A DNA stretch of 64,000 bases from assembly GCF_009914755.1 (NCBI RefSeq), contig NC_060928.1, one strand, 5' to 3'. The translations under genes were made by a program, and so were the position numbers. Under the pieces are notes generated by a model. The model did not search any database. It was given only the letters and a program-made list of their open reading frames with translations, and was not told the DNA's origin. Positions 1 through 13,747 of this stretch are shown here, piece after piece. How positions within the stretch are numbered: position 1 is the stretch's first letter; every line of letters starts with the position of its first letter. This DNA comes from the human T2T-CHM13v2.0 reference genome, Homo sapiens.

Positions 1-369
1 TGTTCAGCTTTTAAAAATATGTCCTTCTGGAAATATTCATTGCTCACTTGCTCAGTGCAATGCAAACTATGAGATAAAAAGTATTACAAAACATAGTCTT
101 AGTCTTTAATAAGCTTACAGTTAACAACAGATGTGTCTTTCTTAATAGAGAAAATAGTGGATTAAGTGTTATGAATGATGTAAACTCAGTTCTACTGGTG
201 TGTAAAGAAGTATTTAATTTTGGCACCAGTGATTGAAGAAGGCTTTATGGAATGACTTCACTCTTGATTATGGAAGTTAATAGTATTTCAAGAGGCAAAA
301 ATATGTGAGAAACAGCCCCCCTACCAATAGACAGTGTGATCAAATATTGCAGCAATTAAGATATTAAAA

Positions 370-585
370 ATAATATCTCTGAGCATTTTAATTTGTCAGA
401 CACTAGAATGAGATATCATGTCATTTGATCTTCTCAGTAGCTCTGTGAAGTAAGAACTTTACTGTCACAATTTTACAAATAGGGAGACAGGAACAAGTGA
501 TAGGTAACTTGTTCACAAAAAACATAACTAGGAAGTATCAGATCAGAGATTTAACGTCTGACAGAGCCTATGATCTTAATCATTT
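370..585 (-). mobile_element. MIR SINE fragment
   Basis: Degenerate MIR core (attttacaaatagggagacag...taacttg...actaggaagt...gattt). Confidence 0.6.
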
Positions 586-626
586 ATCAGTATAAAGGGG
601 TTGCAATAAACTATCACCCAAGAATG

Positions 627-835
627 TAATAATAAGGGCTAATCTAATAGAGAACATTTACTATATCCAGCCTCTGTTCTAAGTGTTTTACATGTATTAT
701 CTCGTTTACTCCTCATAATAGCCCTTTGTAGTAGTTATTATTTTATTATTATTATTTTTACAAATGAAAAAGCTGAAGTAGTGGGAGGTCAGGTAACTTC
801 CAGTAAGTGGAGAAGCCCCAATTCAAATATGAATG
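627..835 (-). mobile_element. MIR SINE fragment
   Basis: ctgttctaagtgttttacatgtattatctcgtttactcctcataatagcc...ttttacaaatgaaaaagctgaag, typical reverse MIR. Confidence 0.7.
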
Positions 836-1109
836 ATCTCTTCCTGTCCTTGCTTTCAGCCATGAAGGTATTTTAACATTATAGATATAAGAATAAGATT
901 AATTTCCAACAGATTGTGAAATAAAAAGTAAGTGTATAAATTACATAGAATCATTTTCAGTAAAGTGACTTCAAGCCCTCAGAATTCCAACATACTAATG
1001 CCAAGGGAAAATACTATATGTCAATTAGGAAGGTTTACTTATTATTGAAAGCATGGAAATGAGAAAGTCATTGGGACAAAACAGGCTGACCTATCTGTAA
1101 CAGAAATAG

Positions 1110-1280
1110 CTGCCTTCTCCTTGTGGGCAAAAGTAGAAATATTGCAACCTCAAATAAATCATTTTTTTGTCGGATTAATGCTTCTGGCCCAGTAAAGGTT
1201 TATGCAGAAATTTGAGAAAGCCACCTGGCTTTTTAAGGTAAACTCTGATGGCTCTCAAACTTTGTTTACCTGCCTGGCTC
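1110..1280 (+). mobile_element. ERV env TM-subunit fragment, inverted relative to the adjacent provirus
   Basis: attaatgcttctggcccagtaaaggtttatgcagaaatttgagaaagccacctggctttttaaggtaaac resembles the reverse complement of ~1949-2120. Confidence 0.7.
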
Positions 1281-1393
1281 AATAACTGTTCTTTTTTCTT
1301 TGCAAATAGAATACCAAATTTGAGAGTGCAATATTCCTGGCTGAAAATCTGTAGTCCCGGGATATCTTACAGCTAACTTTTGTGATGTAATGC

Positions 1394-1748
1394 TGTCAGA
1401 AATTGTAAAAGGTTGGGAATTTTATCCTATTTGCAAGCTAGCAAGTTAGCCTGCATCACTTTCATGGATGCTGGTGGAAAATACTAGGCTTTTAGATTGT
1501 ATAGAGAGACTTTATTACTCATGGTACAGCAAGCAGCATGACCCTCATAGTAATGTCTGTTTCTGTTGCCCTCAAGTTCCACAAAACAATGTGGAGCAGT
1601 TCAAGTGAATACCCTATGTGTAATGGGCTTGTATGGCAGCTGAGAAACCCTGAGCTTGGGGAATCCATGTGTCTTGTTCCCTAATAAGAATTCCTGTTTT
1701 CAAAATGTGTAGTAACACAGGAGACCTATGGAGAATTGTCTCCCAATA
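1394..1748 (-). mobile_element. ERV 3' LTR (MER89/MER90/MER110-like)
   Basis: Minus strand begins tattgggagacaattctccataggtctc; has tgcaagctagcaagttagcctgc and a minus-strand AATAAA (gactttatt); lies directly downstream of the env remnant. Confidence 0.7.
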
Positions 1749-1749
1749 A

Positions 1750-3330
1750 TGTAATAGTCACATTCTTTCTACAACGTTGTTGGCTAATAGTAAATTTCCC
1801 CCGTGAGATTGCCACTCCTCTAGTTAATCTGAATGGTGGGGATTGCGATCAAATCCATTCAGTTTTTCTCATCTGTATTTATTTAAAGAGACTATAAACA
1901 GGACTTTAATGAGCAGGATTGATCTCAACCATGCCCACCAGGGTCCTGGACCCAGTCAGCTGAACAAATACTATGAACCACTGAAGTTTACTTTAAAAAG
2001 CCAGGCGGCTCTCTCCTTAAGTTTCTGCATAAACCTTTCCACTTGGCGAGAAGCATTAATTTAGATACAAAAGGATTTATTTGTGGTTACAAAGATTCCA
2101 CCATTGCCCATAGGCAAAACCTATCACCTATAAATACCCTGGCCAGTGAGTTGAAGCTGACCTGAATGAATTCCAGAGCTGAAGTGGTGCCATTGATTGC
2201 TTCAGTGAAATTCAGGGAAAAAATTTATAATGGATGAATCCCATAGTAGGATAAACTGCCCACAGGATTCACAGATATTGCTCCATGTAGCTCCCATAAA
2301 TAAATAAAGGTAGCCTCACTTTGGAGAGATCTCATTAGTGTACTATATTATCTTCTGCTGATCTTTACTTAAACAGTTGAAAATTTCTTATGGCTACCCT
2401 AATGTTCAAATCATGTGTCTTCAGAAGGGTGGTAATCTTCATACAAAAGTTATAGTACTGGAAGTGGGCCTGGTTTGCCTGAGTTGGTGGAGGGAAGGGT
2501 TAGGCCCAATTTCAGGAACCCGCTGGGTGGAAGACAAACAAATATTACCTCCTATGTGACCTCCTCGCCCTCTGGTAACGCCAGGTGTTCTCAATTACTA
2601 GAATAATTCAGTCCAGTTCTTGTTTAAGAGAGACTTTGTGAGAGTAGTTGATTAGGTCCGTCCTCATTGTCTACTCCAGGGGTCAGCAAACTACTGTTGG
2701 GCTTGAAATCTCTTTTTGTAAATAAAATTCCATTGGAACTCAGCCATGTTCATTTATTTGCCTTTTGTTTGGCTGCTTTTAAGCTACAGTAGCAGAGTCC
2801 TGCACTTGTAACAAAAGCAATATAACCTAAATAACCCTGACATATTATTATCTAGCCCTTTAAGGATTGTTTACCAATCCTTGTTTTATGCCATCAGTTT
2901 AGTGGCTTTATTACCACCCGATGTAATGAGTGAGAATAGTGGCAGAGAAGGTATTTAGAGGTATTGACAAGCATTCTGCATAGGAGTGGCAGATGCATCC
3001 TGTGCTATTTTCAGTAGACTTATTTCTAAGAATAAAAGAATGGCGATCAAGTCGTGAATAGAGCCATCTGGTAAGAAAAGGCAAGTCCAACAGTCAGTGA
3101 AGTTTAAGACACTTATCCTAGTTTGGATGTTCTGTACCAGAGAGTTTTCTTTCATGGAGAATACTCCAGAAGTCATTTTGAAAGACAAATATCATTAACA
3201 TCTGTCCTTTCCCCATAATTGTAGGGGTCTGTGAATGTTCCCTTCTTATTTGGTGCTCTCCCTCTACCTCCAGCAAATTGGTGTATTTCATCCTAATAAC
3301 TGTGATGTCATCTTTTTTCTCAATTATTTC
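1750..3330 (-). pseudogene. Degraded ERV env (SU and TM remnants)
   Basis: Minus translation gives an SU CxxC motif NSLVQNIQTRISVLNFTDCWTC (ORF 2955-3188) and TM segments LNFTEAINGTTSALEFIQVSFNSLARV...GGIFVTTNKSFCI*INASRQVERFMQKLKERAAWL...GPWWAWL; stops and frameshifts throughout. Confidence 0.8.
2677..2883 (+). mobile_element. MER58A-like hAT-Charlie MITE inserted in env
   Basis: Starts caggggtcagcaaactac; internal ttttgtaaataaaattccattggaactcagccatg; ends ccctttaaggattgtttaccaatccttg. Confidence 0.8.
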
Positions 3331-3649
3331 CTGTTTGCACATAGACTTTTTATAAAAAATGGTGCAAGAGCTACAAGGACATTTTTATAAAACTTACAGA
3401 GACTGATTGTGTCCCCCACTTTGGCCTGCATGAACAAGCTGTGTCCTCACAAAGTGCTCATTATCCTTATGATCCAGAATCATATCAATAAAACAAGAAA
3501 CTCCAGGAGACTGAAACATAATTGAGTCCAAATCCCATAAGCTCCGTTTAGGCAAGGCTGCCACACAGGCTGCTCTGGGGAAAAAGAAAGAAGTGTTTTG
3601 CCCAGAAAAGGTCAGAATGAAATTTTGAAATTAAAAGTAGGTGTAGGTA

Positions 3650-5150
3650 ATCCCACACGACTTTCATGTTGATCATTGCACAGAAATCACCCAAGATGAT
3701 ATTATTTCTTTCTTGGAACATATTCATAAAGTGAACAAGCAGCCTCACTAAGGTATATGAGCCAGGAAAAGGTGAAGAAGATAAAGCTGGACATCTTTTG
3801 AAGTCAACATTTGAGGAGATTGTTTCAACACTCAACAACACTGGAAGTCTGTTGATGGTAGAGAGCGAGGAAGATACGCTGAGTTCCTTGACTACCAGGC
3901 CATTGTTGAGCATCTTTTGCATACATTTGTCAGGCTGAAAATGGTCCAGTGAGCTGAAAACATGACGCAGATTAATTTTAAGAGCTTCTAAAGTAGTGTC
4001 TACATCAGCTGATCAGACTGGAACAATAATAACACGACCTAAAAAAGTATCTACAACACTTTCAGGCAGTCCTAAGAAGTGATCAGAGGCCAAAATAGTC
4101 AATGTGCTTGCAGTGGGAGTGGACAACCCTCTTTGGCTTTCCCTACTAGGATACAAGGGGTCAACTTTCAGCAGGAATCACAAGTATTGCATACAGTGCA
4201 GGCCCTGGTAACAGAAGTTATTTGCTTTGTGTCCCATCTGTGAATGGTAGACACGGTAAATGGTAGATCATGTCAGGCAGCAATGGTGGCAATCTGTGTG
4301 TCTGTCTCAATAATCAGCTTGAGTCCAGTTGATCTGATCAGTTAATGGACTTTCACTATGGGTTTCTCCATGAGTAACCCTGATGTAATCTTGATATACT
4401 TCCACAATTCACAGCTCCAAAGAGTGGTATCTTTAATGTTACTACTCTGTAGTTCTCTAAGTGGCATACCAAACCACTAAGCTGTTGACAACAGATCAGC
4501 AGTCATAATGTGTATATATACATATATACATACACACACAAACACACACACACACATATATATGTGTACCATGGAGGAGAGTATTGTACAGAGCTATGAG
4601 AACAGGCTTCAGTTCTGCCCACTTAGCAGAGTAAGCATGTCCATTTTCAGTACTGCATAGCAGGTGCTGAGCTTGAATGACCTAAGCAAACTACAACGAA
4701 CACTTTCAGATTTCAGGTCAGCAAAGTCATCACCATTTGTTTATGGAACTTCTGCATCTCACGGCCCTTTAGAGTCAGCACTTAGCTTCAGGAGGTAAAG
4801 TCTTCTAAAGGAAGAATTTGATTTTGATGTGCATGCTTGTTGGCCCCTGCACATATTACTAGTTGCTGAATTCGAAGTGACCCTCCTCAAGATAGGAATG
4901 TCAGGTCATTCATAGATCAGGCTTTCGGTTTCAGTTAAGAGTCCATTAGAAAGCTAATAGCTGCTTTTCAAAATGGATGTACCTGGTAGCCATATTTGGG
5001 GAGCACCAAGTCCATAATCCCAAAGTGAGTCTCTAGGAGGGGCTTCTTCTCTTCAGCAGAGGTCCCAACTGGCATAGTCATTAGTCAGAGTCAGAAATGC
5101 CCAGAGTCCAACATAGCGATAGGGATCTCTTTCTGGGGAGAGAAGAAGCA
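3650..5150 (-). pseudogene. Degraded ERV pol (RT tether, RNase H, integrase), ERVL-like motifs
   Basis: Minus translations RYIHFEKQLLAF*WTL (~4935-4985), ENGHAYSAKWAELKPVLIAL (~4590-4650), AKDAQQWPGSQGTQRIFLALYHQQTSSVVEC*NNLLK (~3810-3920). Confidence 0.8.
4509..4568. repeat. (TA)n/(CA)n microsatellite
   Basis: Direct inspection. Confidence 0.9.
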
Positions 5151-6419
5151 TGTCTCTATGTGACATTATTCCCAATAAGGAAAATCTCCTTGAATATTTG
5201 TGAAGTAGGAAATTAGAAGCATATAACACATGAATTCCAATTATATACTCAATGTAGGAAGCAACAACAGTATATTAAGTTGGTATAAAGGAACCCAGCT
5301 ACATGTCACGTGCCTTTCCCTCTCCCACTGAAACCCCCACCAAATAGTTGAATCTGAGCATTTTCCCCTCTTCCCCCAGGGCTGGATAGGTGCTATATCC
5401 GACAAAGCCATAGAAGTCTGAGTCCCTCCCTTCCCCAAGATTTCTCAGAATATTGATACGTGCCTAGGGTGTTTAGTCTCTCTTATGGCAAGAATCCTTC
5501 TTTTAAGGCAGCTAATGCCAGGGAAAAGGGGAAAGGAGGGGAAGGGATTGTGGATCCAGAGACCTATTGTACAGCAATAAGCAAGGCACTTTCTGTTTCA
5601 AGTAGCTACTATCAAGTTCAACCAAGCAAATCTGGTTTTGGTCTACTCCAAGCTCTATATCTTCATGGGTAACACCATTTATTTCAGCTCAGACTGATTC
5701 TTTCACTTTTTATTTTTTTAACTTTGATAGTTGAAGGAATATCTCTGTATGAATATTATAGAAAAAAGGCCTTCCAATATTTCCAAGCGTTGAAGAATGA
5801 TTGTGTTTGTGTTAAAACCTTGAGTGGCACTTGCTTCAGGAAAAAAAGGGTGTTTATTTGCTTTCTATTAAGGTTCTTTAAAAATTGGTTGGAATAAATG
5901 CTAGTTGAATTTATACTTCATGACTTGAAAAGCAAGCTGATTTTCATTCTGCCTTCTCAAGGAGTGCAGTATGTTTAAAATACTACTTTTGCCTGCTTTT
6001 TGATTTGCTATGAAAAAGATAAATATTTTAAGGACACCTGGAAAATTTTGAAATACATTTTATATGCATATGGAGATTAAAGCTAAGAGACTAAAAAAAA
6101 GTCATTCTTTATTTTGGTTAATTTTGTTTTGTTTTGTTTACTATGGCACTCAGTCCAGTATTCTCTCTGCATAGTTATAATGCAGCCTTGCTAATGTAAC
6201 CAGAATAACTCTTCATTGATAATGAGAAATTAACAGCTGAAAAAAATCAATACCATAAATAGGTAATATAATTTTAATGAAAGGCGACAATCTGAAGGCT
6301 GGATATTGAATTAGTATCTGGAGAGTGTGTGCATAGATGATTGGGGGAAGGAATCCTAAACATCAGTCTTCCTCACAGTTACATTTACATGCATGAGAAA
6401 CAGGACTCCTACTTACACT

Positions 6420-8978
6420 AAGATTAAACCTAATTAGTATCTATGTAGAAAAGAGTGAAGATGGGAAAACAAAGATAAATGTGAAGAGAAAATGACTGAT
6501 AATTAGCCAAAATTGAATTAAAGACATCAATTCACTGAGCCCCAAGCATAAGTAACTACAAATAAATAAATAAGCAAATTAATTAATTAATTAATCAAGT
6601 TGATGTTGGTATTTGAAAAAAGAAAAGCTTAAATAGCAAGAAATTAAACTTCTACCTTTAGAATATAACAAAATAAGACTATATTAAACACAAAGTGTAA
6701 GAAAATAAAAATAAATGGAAATAAAACAGAAAACAAAATGAGAAAGTTAACAAAGTCTAAAATTATTAATTTTTAGGAAATATTTTGATAAAACACTAGC
6801 AAGACCATTTTTAATTTTTTTTTAAGATTATACTTCAAGTTCTGGGACACATGTGCAGAATGTGCAGGTTTGTTACATAGGTATACATGTATCATGGTGG
6901 TTTGTTGCGCCCATCGACCCATCATCTACATTAGGTATTTCTCCTAATGCTATCCCTCCCCTAGCCCTCCACGCCCTGACAGGCCCCGGTTTATGATGTT
7001 CCCCTCCTTGTGTCCATGTATTCTCATTGTTCAACTCCAGCAAGACCATTTTTAAAAAATACACACAGAAAACAAAATTTGCCAGTATCAGAAATTAAAA
7101 AGAATACATATCCTCCACACACAAAAAATATTCTACTGGAAATTCTAACACTGAAATAAAGCAAAGAATAAAACACAAAGAATTTGAAAAGGAAGAAGCA
7201 AATATGTCTTTATTTCTCAATACATAATAATGCACATAGAAAATCCTATGAAATCTAAAACTTATAATTTAATTAGTAAGCTTATAGCCTATATTCGCAA
7301 GTAATTGTATTTCTTTCTAATAGCAATAAAAAATTAAACCTGAAATAAAACATAATATCAAATACCCAGAAATAAATCTGCAAAATTTTGCAAGACATTT
7401 ACGCTAAAAATTATGAAACATTGACCAAGAGTATTTAAAGAAGAACTAAATAATGGAGAGATATATGTTCATGATTTTCAAATTTTAGTCTTAAGATATC
7501 CATTTTTCATAAATTGATTTATAGATTTAATAATCAAAAATCTTAAATTTTTAAATTGTTTTTAGAGCCTTTTGAAGAAATTGATAAGCTGATCCTAACA
7601 TTGTGTAAAGATCTTATATAGCCGCAACAATTGAAAGAGCAAAGAAAAAGATTGGATGAAATATTTTACCTGACTTCAAGGCTTTTTTGATATTGGCATA
7701 AGGATTGACAAATAGATTCATGGGACATAATTAGGAGTCCAGAAATCAACCCACAGGCATAGAGTGGGGTTGATTGTTAACCAACATGCCAATCAATTCA
7801 GTGGTGAAATGTTTAAGCAACATTGCTGAACCAATTGGGTCCCTGTATGGAATCAAAACAAAAATAAATTTTACTCTCATCTCTCACTACACACAAAAAT
7901 TAATTCAAGATTTATCACATACTAAAACTAAAACCTTAGAATTAGAACTCTTTTAGAGGAAAACATAAGACATTATCTTCATAACTTCAGGATATATAAA
8001 GATTTCTTAGGTACCAAAAAGAACATTTTGGACTTTCTCAAAATTAAAACGTTCTGCTCATTAACATACAACATTAAGAAATAGACAAACTATGAACTGT
8101 GCAATAAATTCTAAAACATAGATCCGAAAAACGTATAAATATGTGAAATATGTAAAGTGTTCAAAGAATACACATATTTAAAAACTCTTAAAAAGCACCA
8201 GTATGAAACCAAAAACAATTTTAAATGGGTGAAAGCCTTGTCCAGACCATTCACATAAGAAGATATATAAATGGCAAATAAACTGTGCAACTTTATTAGT
8301 CCACAGAAAAATGCAAATTTAAATTACAAGGAGATGCCAATCTGCATCCACTAGATTGGCTGAAGGCAAAGACTGACAATCCAATTGCACCTCTGATACT
8401 TTGCTGGTTGGAATGTAAAACATACAGCCACTTAGGAGAGCTGTTTGGCAATTTTTTACCAAGTTAAATATCTACTTACCTTGTATACCTCACCTATTTC
8501 ACTCCAGAAAAATGAGAATGTATAGCCACACGAATTCTTGTACAAGAATATTCATAGCAGCATTATTCCTCATATCCAAAACTGGAAGCAACTCTAATGC
8601 CCATCATTTTGAGAATGGTTAAATTAATTTTCATACAGTAGAATACTATTGAGCAAAATAAGTAATGAACTATTGAAATATGAAGAAACACTGAGTTAAG
8701 TGAGAAAAGACTCACATTTATAAATGAGTAATACTGTATGATTCCATATATTTTAAGTCCAGTAAATACAAAACTAAGCTATCGTGGTCAAAATCAGACA
8801 GTGGTCACATCTATGTGTCTGGGGTAGATTGTCTGGAAAGCGACACAAAATAACTTTTAGTGGTAATGGAAATATCCATTATCTTGTTTTGAGTGATAGT
8901 AACAGTGGAATACAATAAACAATCTGTTAAGCATTTAAGATCTGTTTATTATATGTAAATTAAACTTCAATAAAAAAT
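6420..8978 (+). mobile_element. Old L1 (L1M-type), 3' portion of ORF2 plus 3'UTR
   Basis: A-rich degenerate ORF2 (gaaattgataagctgatcctaa, tttacctgacttcaag, aatgtaaaacatacagccactt); ends tatgtaaattaaacttcaataaa. Confidence 0.8.
6815..7038 (-). mobile_element. 5'-truncated L1PA 3' end nested in older L1
   Basis: L1PA 3'UTR; 17-bp TSD agcaagaccatttttaa at 6798-6814 and 7039-7055. Confidence 0.92.
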
Positions 8979-9149
8979 TACAATATAGAACAACCCATCA
9001 AATATTTGAAGACAAAAAAGGTAAAGGAAAGGAAAAAGGAAAAAAAAACAATTTACAGAAATATCATAATTTTAAACTAAACACATAATTGAATCATGAT
9101 GATTTAGAGATTACTGAGTCATAAAAAAAAGGTGAGAATTTAATTTGGT

Positions 9150-9325
9150 GGCCACTGGGAACCCAAATTTGAAAGTATATTAGAATCTCTAGAAGAGCTT
9201 TTTAGTAATTGGAATGCCTGGGCCTCATTCCAAAACCATTCAATCAAAATTTTGCAGGGTGCATAGCAACATATATATATATTTAAAACTCCACAGGTGC
9301 TTCTGATAAGCCAGCTTTGTTCCTT
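9150..9325. mobile_element. MER5-like hAT MITE
   Basis: tattagaatctctagaagagc...aatgcctgggcctcattcc...aaactccacaggtgcttctgat. Confidence 0.6.
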
Positions 9326-10675
9326 GATGAGGCATCTGGAAACAGCAAATTTCAACAGGTCTCTTCTTCCACATCTTTGATTGACAGTTCTGTTTCCCCT
9401 GCCAGAAAGACTCCAAGCGATGCAGAATTCGTTACTTTTTGATGCAGCTTTTTTCATTTTTAGACATTGGACATTTCTAGTTGTCAAAAAGTACATATGA
9501 AACTGAAAACACACACATTGATCAAAATGAGCCATTTTCTGGAATAATATTAAATAAGTAGTCTGTTTTGCTTATAGTCGTTTATCAATAAGTAAATAAA
9601 ATGATACCTCTCTAAACTTACCCTAGATGTCTACTGCATAAGCACCACAAGCAGTTTACCATTTTTGAATTTGATGTTAATTTCAGATATCTCACCTTTC
9701 TAAGTGGCTTTATCCCTTGCTATTCTAGTTTTTCCATCTCTCTGTATGAGAAGATAAGACCTGACATATTTACTGATTACAAAATATGCCACGTGTTGTC
9801 TTGTTGCTGTAGAGAGATGTGAGATATTTACCTCTTTTTAAAATACAAAGCACTTGTACTGTGTTTTCTTTATCATAATTTTTGCTTTTCAATTTTATGT
9901 TTTACCTTCATTGTGTTAATGATATTGACCAACCCTTCCAATTTTGCATTGTTCTCAATTGGCTTAACATGCTAGTCATGATTTCAACCAAATGCCTTCC
10001 AAGAGGAGGCATTGTCAAACAGGTGGATTATGGTATTGAAAGAGGCTCATTAAAGGCAATTGGCAGTCGTTCCAGGCAGACTCACCATCAGAGAGGTCTA
10101 AGCAAAGAATTAAGACAGATATATCTGACAATGGCTAGATGCCATAATAAAAGAGTCTTGCAACTGAAATAATACAGAAACCAGAAAGTTATAAGAGGAG
10201 GTGCTCGTCAGAATAGAAAAATAGTAGGTAAATTGTTTTAATGGAATTATTCTCTTTTGAGAGTACTGATGAGAGAAACATTAAATTTCAGGGCTGGAAA
10301 AGCTGGGTAGAACTGATTTACTAGAATGAAGCAAACAGTAAGGTTGATAATGTGCTCTTCATCAAATGAGCTACTTGAGTTATTTAAGTTTCCTTGCCTA
10401 GTAACAATAACAACCCAATATTGGGATGGATATATTGGTAGATCTATTAGAATGGATTCAGCTGTAGAGATTGGAGGGCTACTTCAATGACAGGGAGCTA
10501 AACAGTTTATTATGATAATGATGCAGGTACATGAACTTAATGAAAATAGTTATTCTCTTACCATATCCTCACCTCTACTTCTATTCATGTGTTGGCTTCA
10601 TTCTCAGTCAAGTTAGCAGACTCTGGTGACCTAAAGCATATCCTGACAGATGATTGTATTAAAGAAAGATCATTT

Positions 10676-10677
<2 letters not shown>

Positions 10678-10716
<39 letters not shown>
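10678..10716. repeat. (TG)n microsatellite
   Basis: About 19 perfect TG units. Confidence 0.95.
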
Positions 10717-10719
<3 letters not shown>

Positions 10720-11145
10720 ATACACATAGGGATTTTTATCCATACATCAAATACTACATGTTGTTTGGGTCCTTTTCCATTCTTAAACCAAATAATTTGG
10801 TCAAGTATATGGAGGGCTCTGAGTTACCACCCTGAGTTACATGATGACTCTTTGGTAGAAGGGTGAAGGGTAGGCATACATATACACATGTACCTCCTTT
10901 TTTGGTTTGAAAGCAATCTTACTTATAAGAAAAATTAAGGAAACTATAATTGTTTTATTATAATTCATTATTTTAAAATCCCTTTTAGAACATACCCTTT
11001 GAAAGTTTAGTTTATATTTATTTGTTTCATTTTGTTTTGGTCAGCTAAAAATTATTTTATGGTCTTAACCTTTCTGTTATTTTTCTTATAGTTTCAGGAT
11101 AGCCTTTACTATTCTGCAACAAGGTTGGTGGTAACCTTATATAAA

Positions 11146-11393
11146 TCTCCACTGTAATTTGTTAAACTAATTTTGAAAATCAGAGACCTAGATATGCATA
11201 ATAAGTATTGACAAAATATCTTAGCATGGAAATGGCTGTATCCAGTATGCTGGGTAGATATGTACACTTTTTGTTACCCATATGCACAAAAACAAAGAAA
11301 AAAATCAACTTTATGGATGAATCAGAGGGTTATTTATGGGCTCCACTGCATACTGAAAACATTGATTTAATGTTTTCAAACTAGAGTCAGTAC
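11146..11393 (+). repeat. ~245-bp direct repeat, copy 1 (copy 2 at 13983-14228)
   Basis: Near-identical sequence cactgtaatttgttaaact...tagagtcagtac at both sites. Confidence 0.95.
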
Positions 11394-12819
11394 ATAGTCT
11401 AGTGATCTAAACTACTTAAGCACCACTCTTCACCGTATCACTCTTTACTTACAATTTAATTGCCATGTGTTCTTTTGAAATGAGCATTGAAGGACCATCC
11501 TCATGAATGCATTCCTAAGAATCACAATGTTTATTCTGTGTAGTCTTGATGTAGGTTTAATCAAGACCCTTGAAATGGACACATTCCTCTTAATTGATTG
11601 CAAATGTTTATGATTACCCAGAGAGTGTTTTCAAATGTCTGATGACTATAATATTACTGACTTTCTCTCTAGACAGTCTTAAAGCTGTTTATTGCTCATT
11701 TGGCTACTTTCCAGCTTTCAGTTGTCTCATTTACTTCCATGTGCATCAATAAGCATATAATTAATCCAAACATCTTATTGAACCATTTCCTTTGCATTAG
11801 TATATATGATGTTAAGTAGGTAAAATTTATATATTCTACTGCTTTGGATTTATTCATAAGTAAAATGTTCTTAACAAATATTGATCAGCATCAATGTAAA
11901 GATGCCTCTTATACTGAAATATTATGATCTCATGCTCAGATCACAAGCTATTATCAAATAGAAATTCAATCTCAGTGATGGGCCACTGTTGCCAGATCGT
12001 GTCACCTCAGAAATCTAGTATAGCATATAATTATCTTTATTTTTTAAATACAAAGTAAAAATGCAGCACAAATGCCAACAAAATAATAAATGACTCAAAT
12101 TCTTTTTGAAGTGAAGTTTTTTCTAAGCAAGATTTTTTAAATGGCTTATGGTTAAAAGTTTTATTTTCTCAGGAAGCAAGCCATTTATAAAGTATGTTTT
12201 GCTATTCACGTGTTGGGAAAAGTCTCTTCAGCTCAATGATGTATCTCATATATCCAGCAGTATGACATACTCCTTCCTATTTTTAAAAAAAGCCCAAGGT
12301 TTCAAATATTAATTTTAATGCTTGGCATTCTGCCATAATTTCAGAAACACCAAGACTGGCTGAATACAGTACTGAAGCCTTTTTCTACTCCAAGTGAGGT
12401 CTTAAAATGTATTACATGATTAAAAAGATTAAATGTGCCTAATCTACACAGAGGAGGAAGAAATGAGTAGAGGAAAAAAATAAGACACAAAAACTTAGTG
12501 ACATATCTCTTTTCCTATTGAATTCAATATTTTAAAAGTGATATTTCAAAACAATAATCAGACTGAGAATTACTATTTTATGTATTCCAGAGAATGCCAC
12601 TAAATTTTGTTAAATTGCAACTGTAGTTTGGAAAATGAGTAGTATTGCAGGATACCTCTATCTGTAATACAGTCTGTGGTATCATCAGATGGTATAGATA
12701 ATATACTCCATGAGGGCAAGAACTGTTTTTTGTTTTGCTCAACATTCTCTTCCAAGTACCTCTCACAGTGCTTGGCACATGGTAAGCAAAGACTTGAAAC
12801 AGATTTATTTGTTTATGTT

Positions 12820-13175
12820 TCTTAAATTTTTAACATTGATACATATGACATGTACATATCATATTTTCAGGGTACATATGATAATTTGATAAATTCATGT
12901 AATCAAATCAGGGTAGTTGAGATATCCATCACCTTAAATATTTATCTTTGCAATAGCAGCATTTGAATTATTTTCTTTTAGCTATTTTGAAATGTACAAT
13001 CAATTGATCTTAACTATAGTCATCCTACTGATTTATTGAACACCAGGTCTTATTTCTTCCAAGGGTATATTTTTACCCATTAATAAACCTCTTTCCATTC
13101 CCTTAACCCCTCTACCCTTCTTGGCCCCTGGTCATCACCAGTCTGCTCTCTATCTTCATGAATTTCACTTTTATA
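12820..13175 (-). mobile_element. L1MA-type 3' end
   Basis: gggtacatatgataatttgata...aatcaaatcagggta...atatccatcacc...taactatagtcatcctact...ctctctatcttcatga. Confidence 0.8.
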
Positions 13176-13747
13176 TGTTGAGAAATATCTGCTTAGATGC
13201 TGACCACTGGTATGGAATGAGCAATACCGTGTCATATTTCTGATTAAAAGCCTTTTTTGGGGTCAGTTTAGAAATATACATTAAATTCTAATATTTCCTA
13301 GGATTTTTTCCTACCCTAATCTACTTTAATATAAACCATTTTAGTAGAGAGATTAAAATTAATCTTACTTTACAGATGATAGTAAAGTCATTATTTTACG
13401 TGATTTAATAAAATGAATCATTAAGCTTCAATCAGCCACTACCTCTTGGAGGATTGTTGTGGGAAACTGGCCTAAATAAGTAACACAATACAGATATCTG
13501 AGAAATTGATGGTTGCTAGAATGTTATAGACATCAACTTTTAGTTCCTATCAATATTTTATTCCATTTTCCTATTAAACAATGGCAGAATAAAATCAAGA
13601 TAAATGTTGTTATTAGCATTATCACATTAAAATATCATTTCCTGTTTAAATGTTAATTTCTTCCACTAAACTGGAAGCACCTCAAAGACAGGAACTGAGC
13701 CTTCATCTTCCTTATCAAAGTATCAGATGTTTGCTTTAAAAAAAAAT

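Noticed and set aside
2955-3342. Intact or domesticated env (syncytin-like)
   Set aside because: env is fragmented by stops, frameshifts and a MER58A-like insertion
3548-3922. 124-aa minus-strand ORF as a novel gene or non-retroviral viral element
   Set aside because: It overlaps the degraded integrase in a different frame; the recognisable integrase motifs are in another, stop-containing frame
10650-10866. CVCVCV ORFs (also 47797-48183)
   Set aside because: Translations of (TG)n microsatellites
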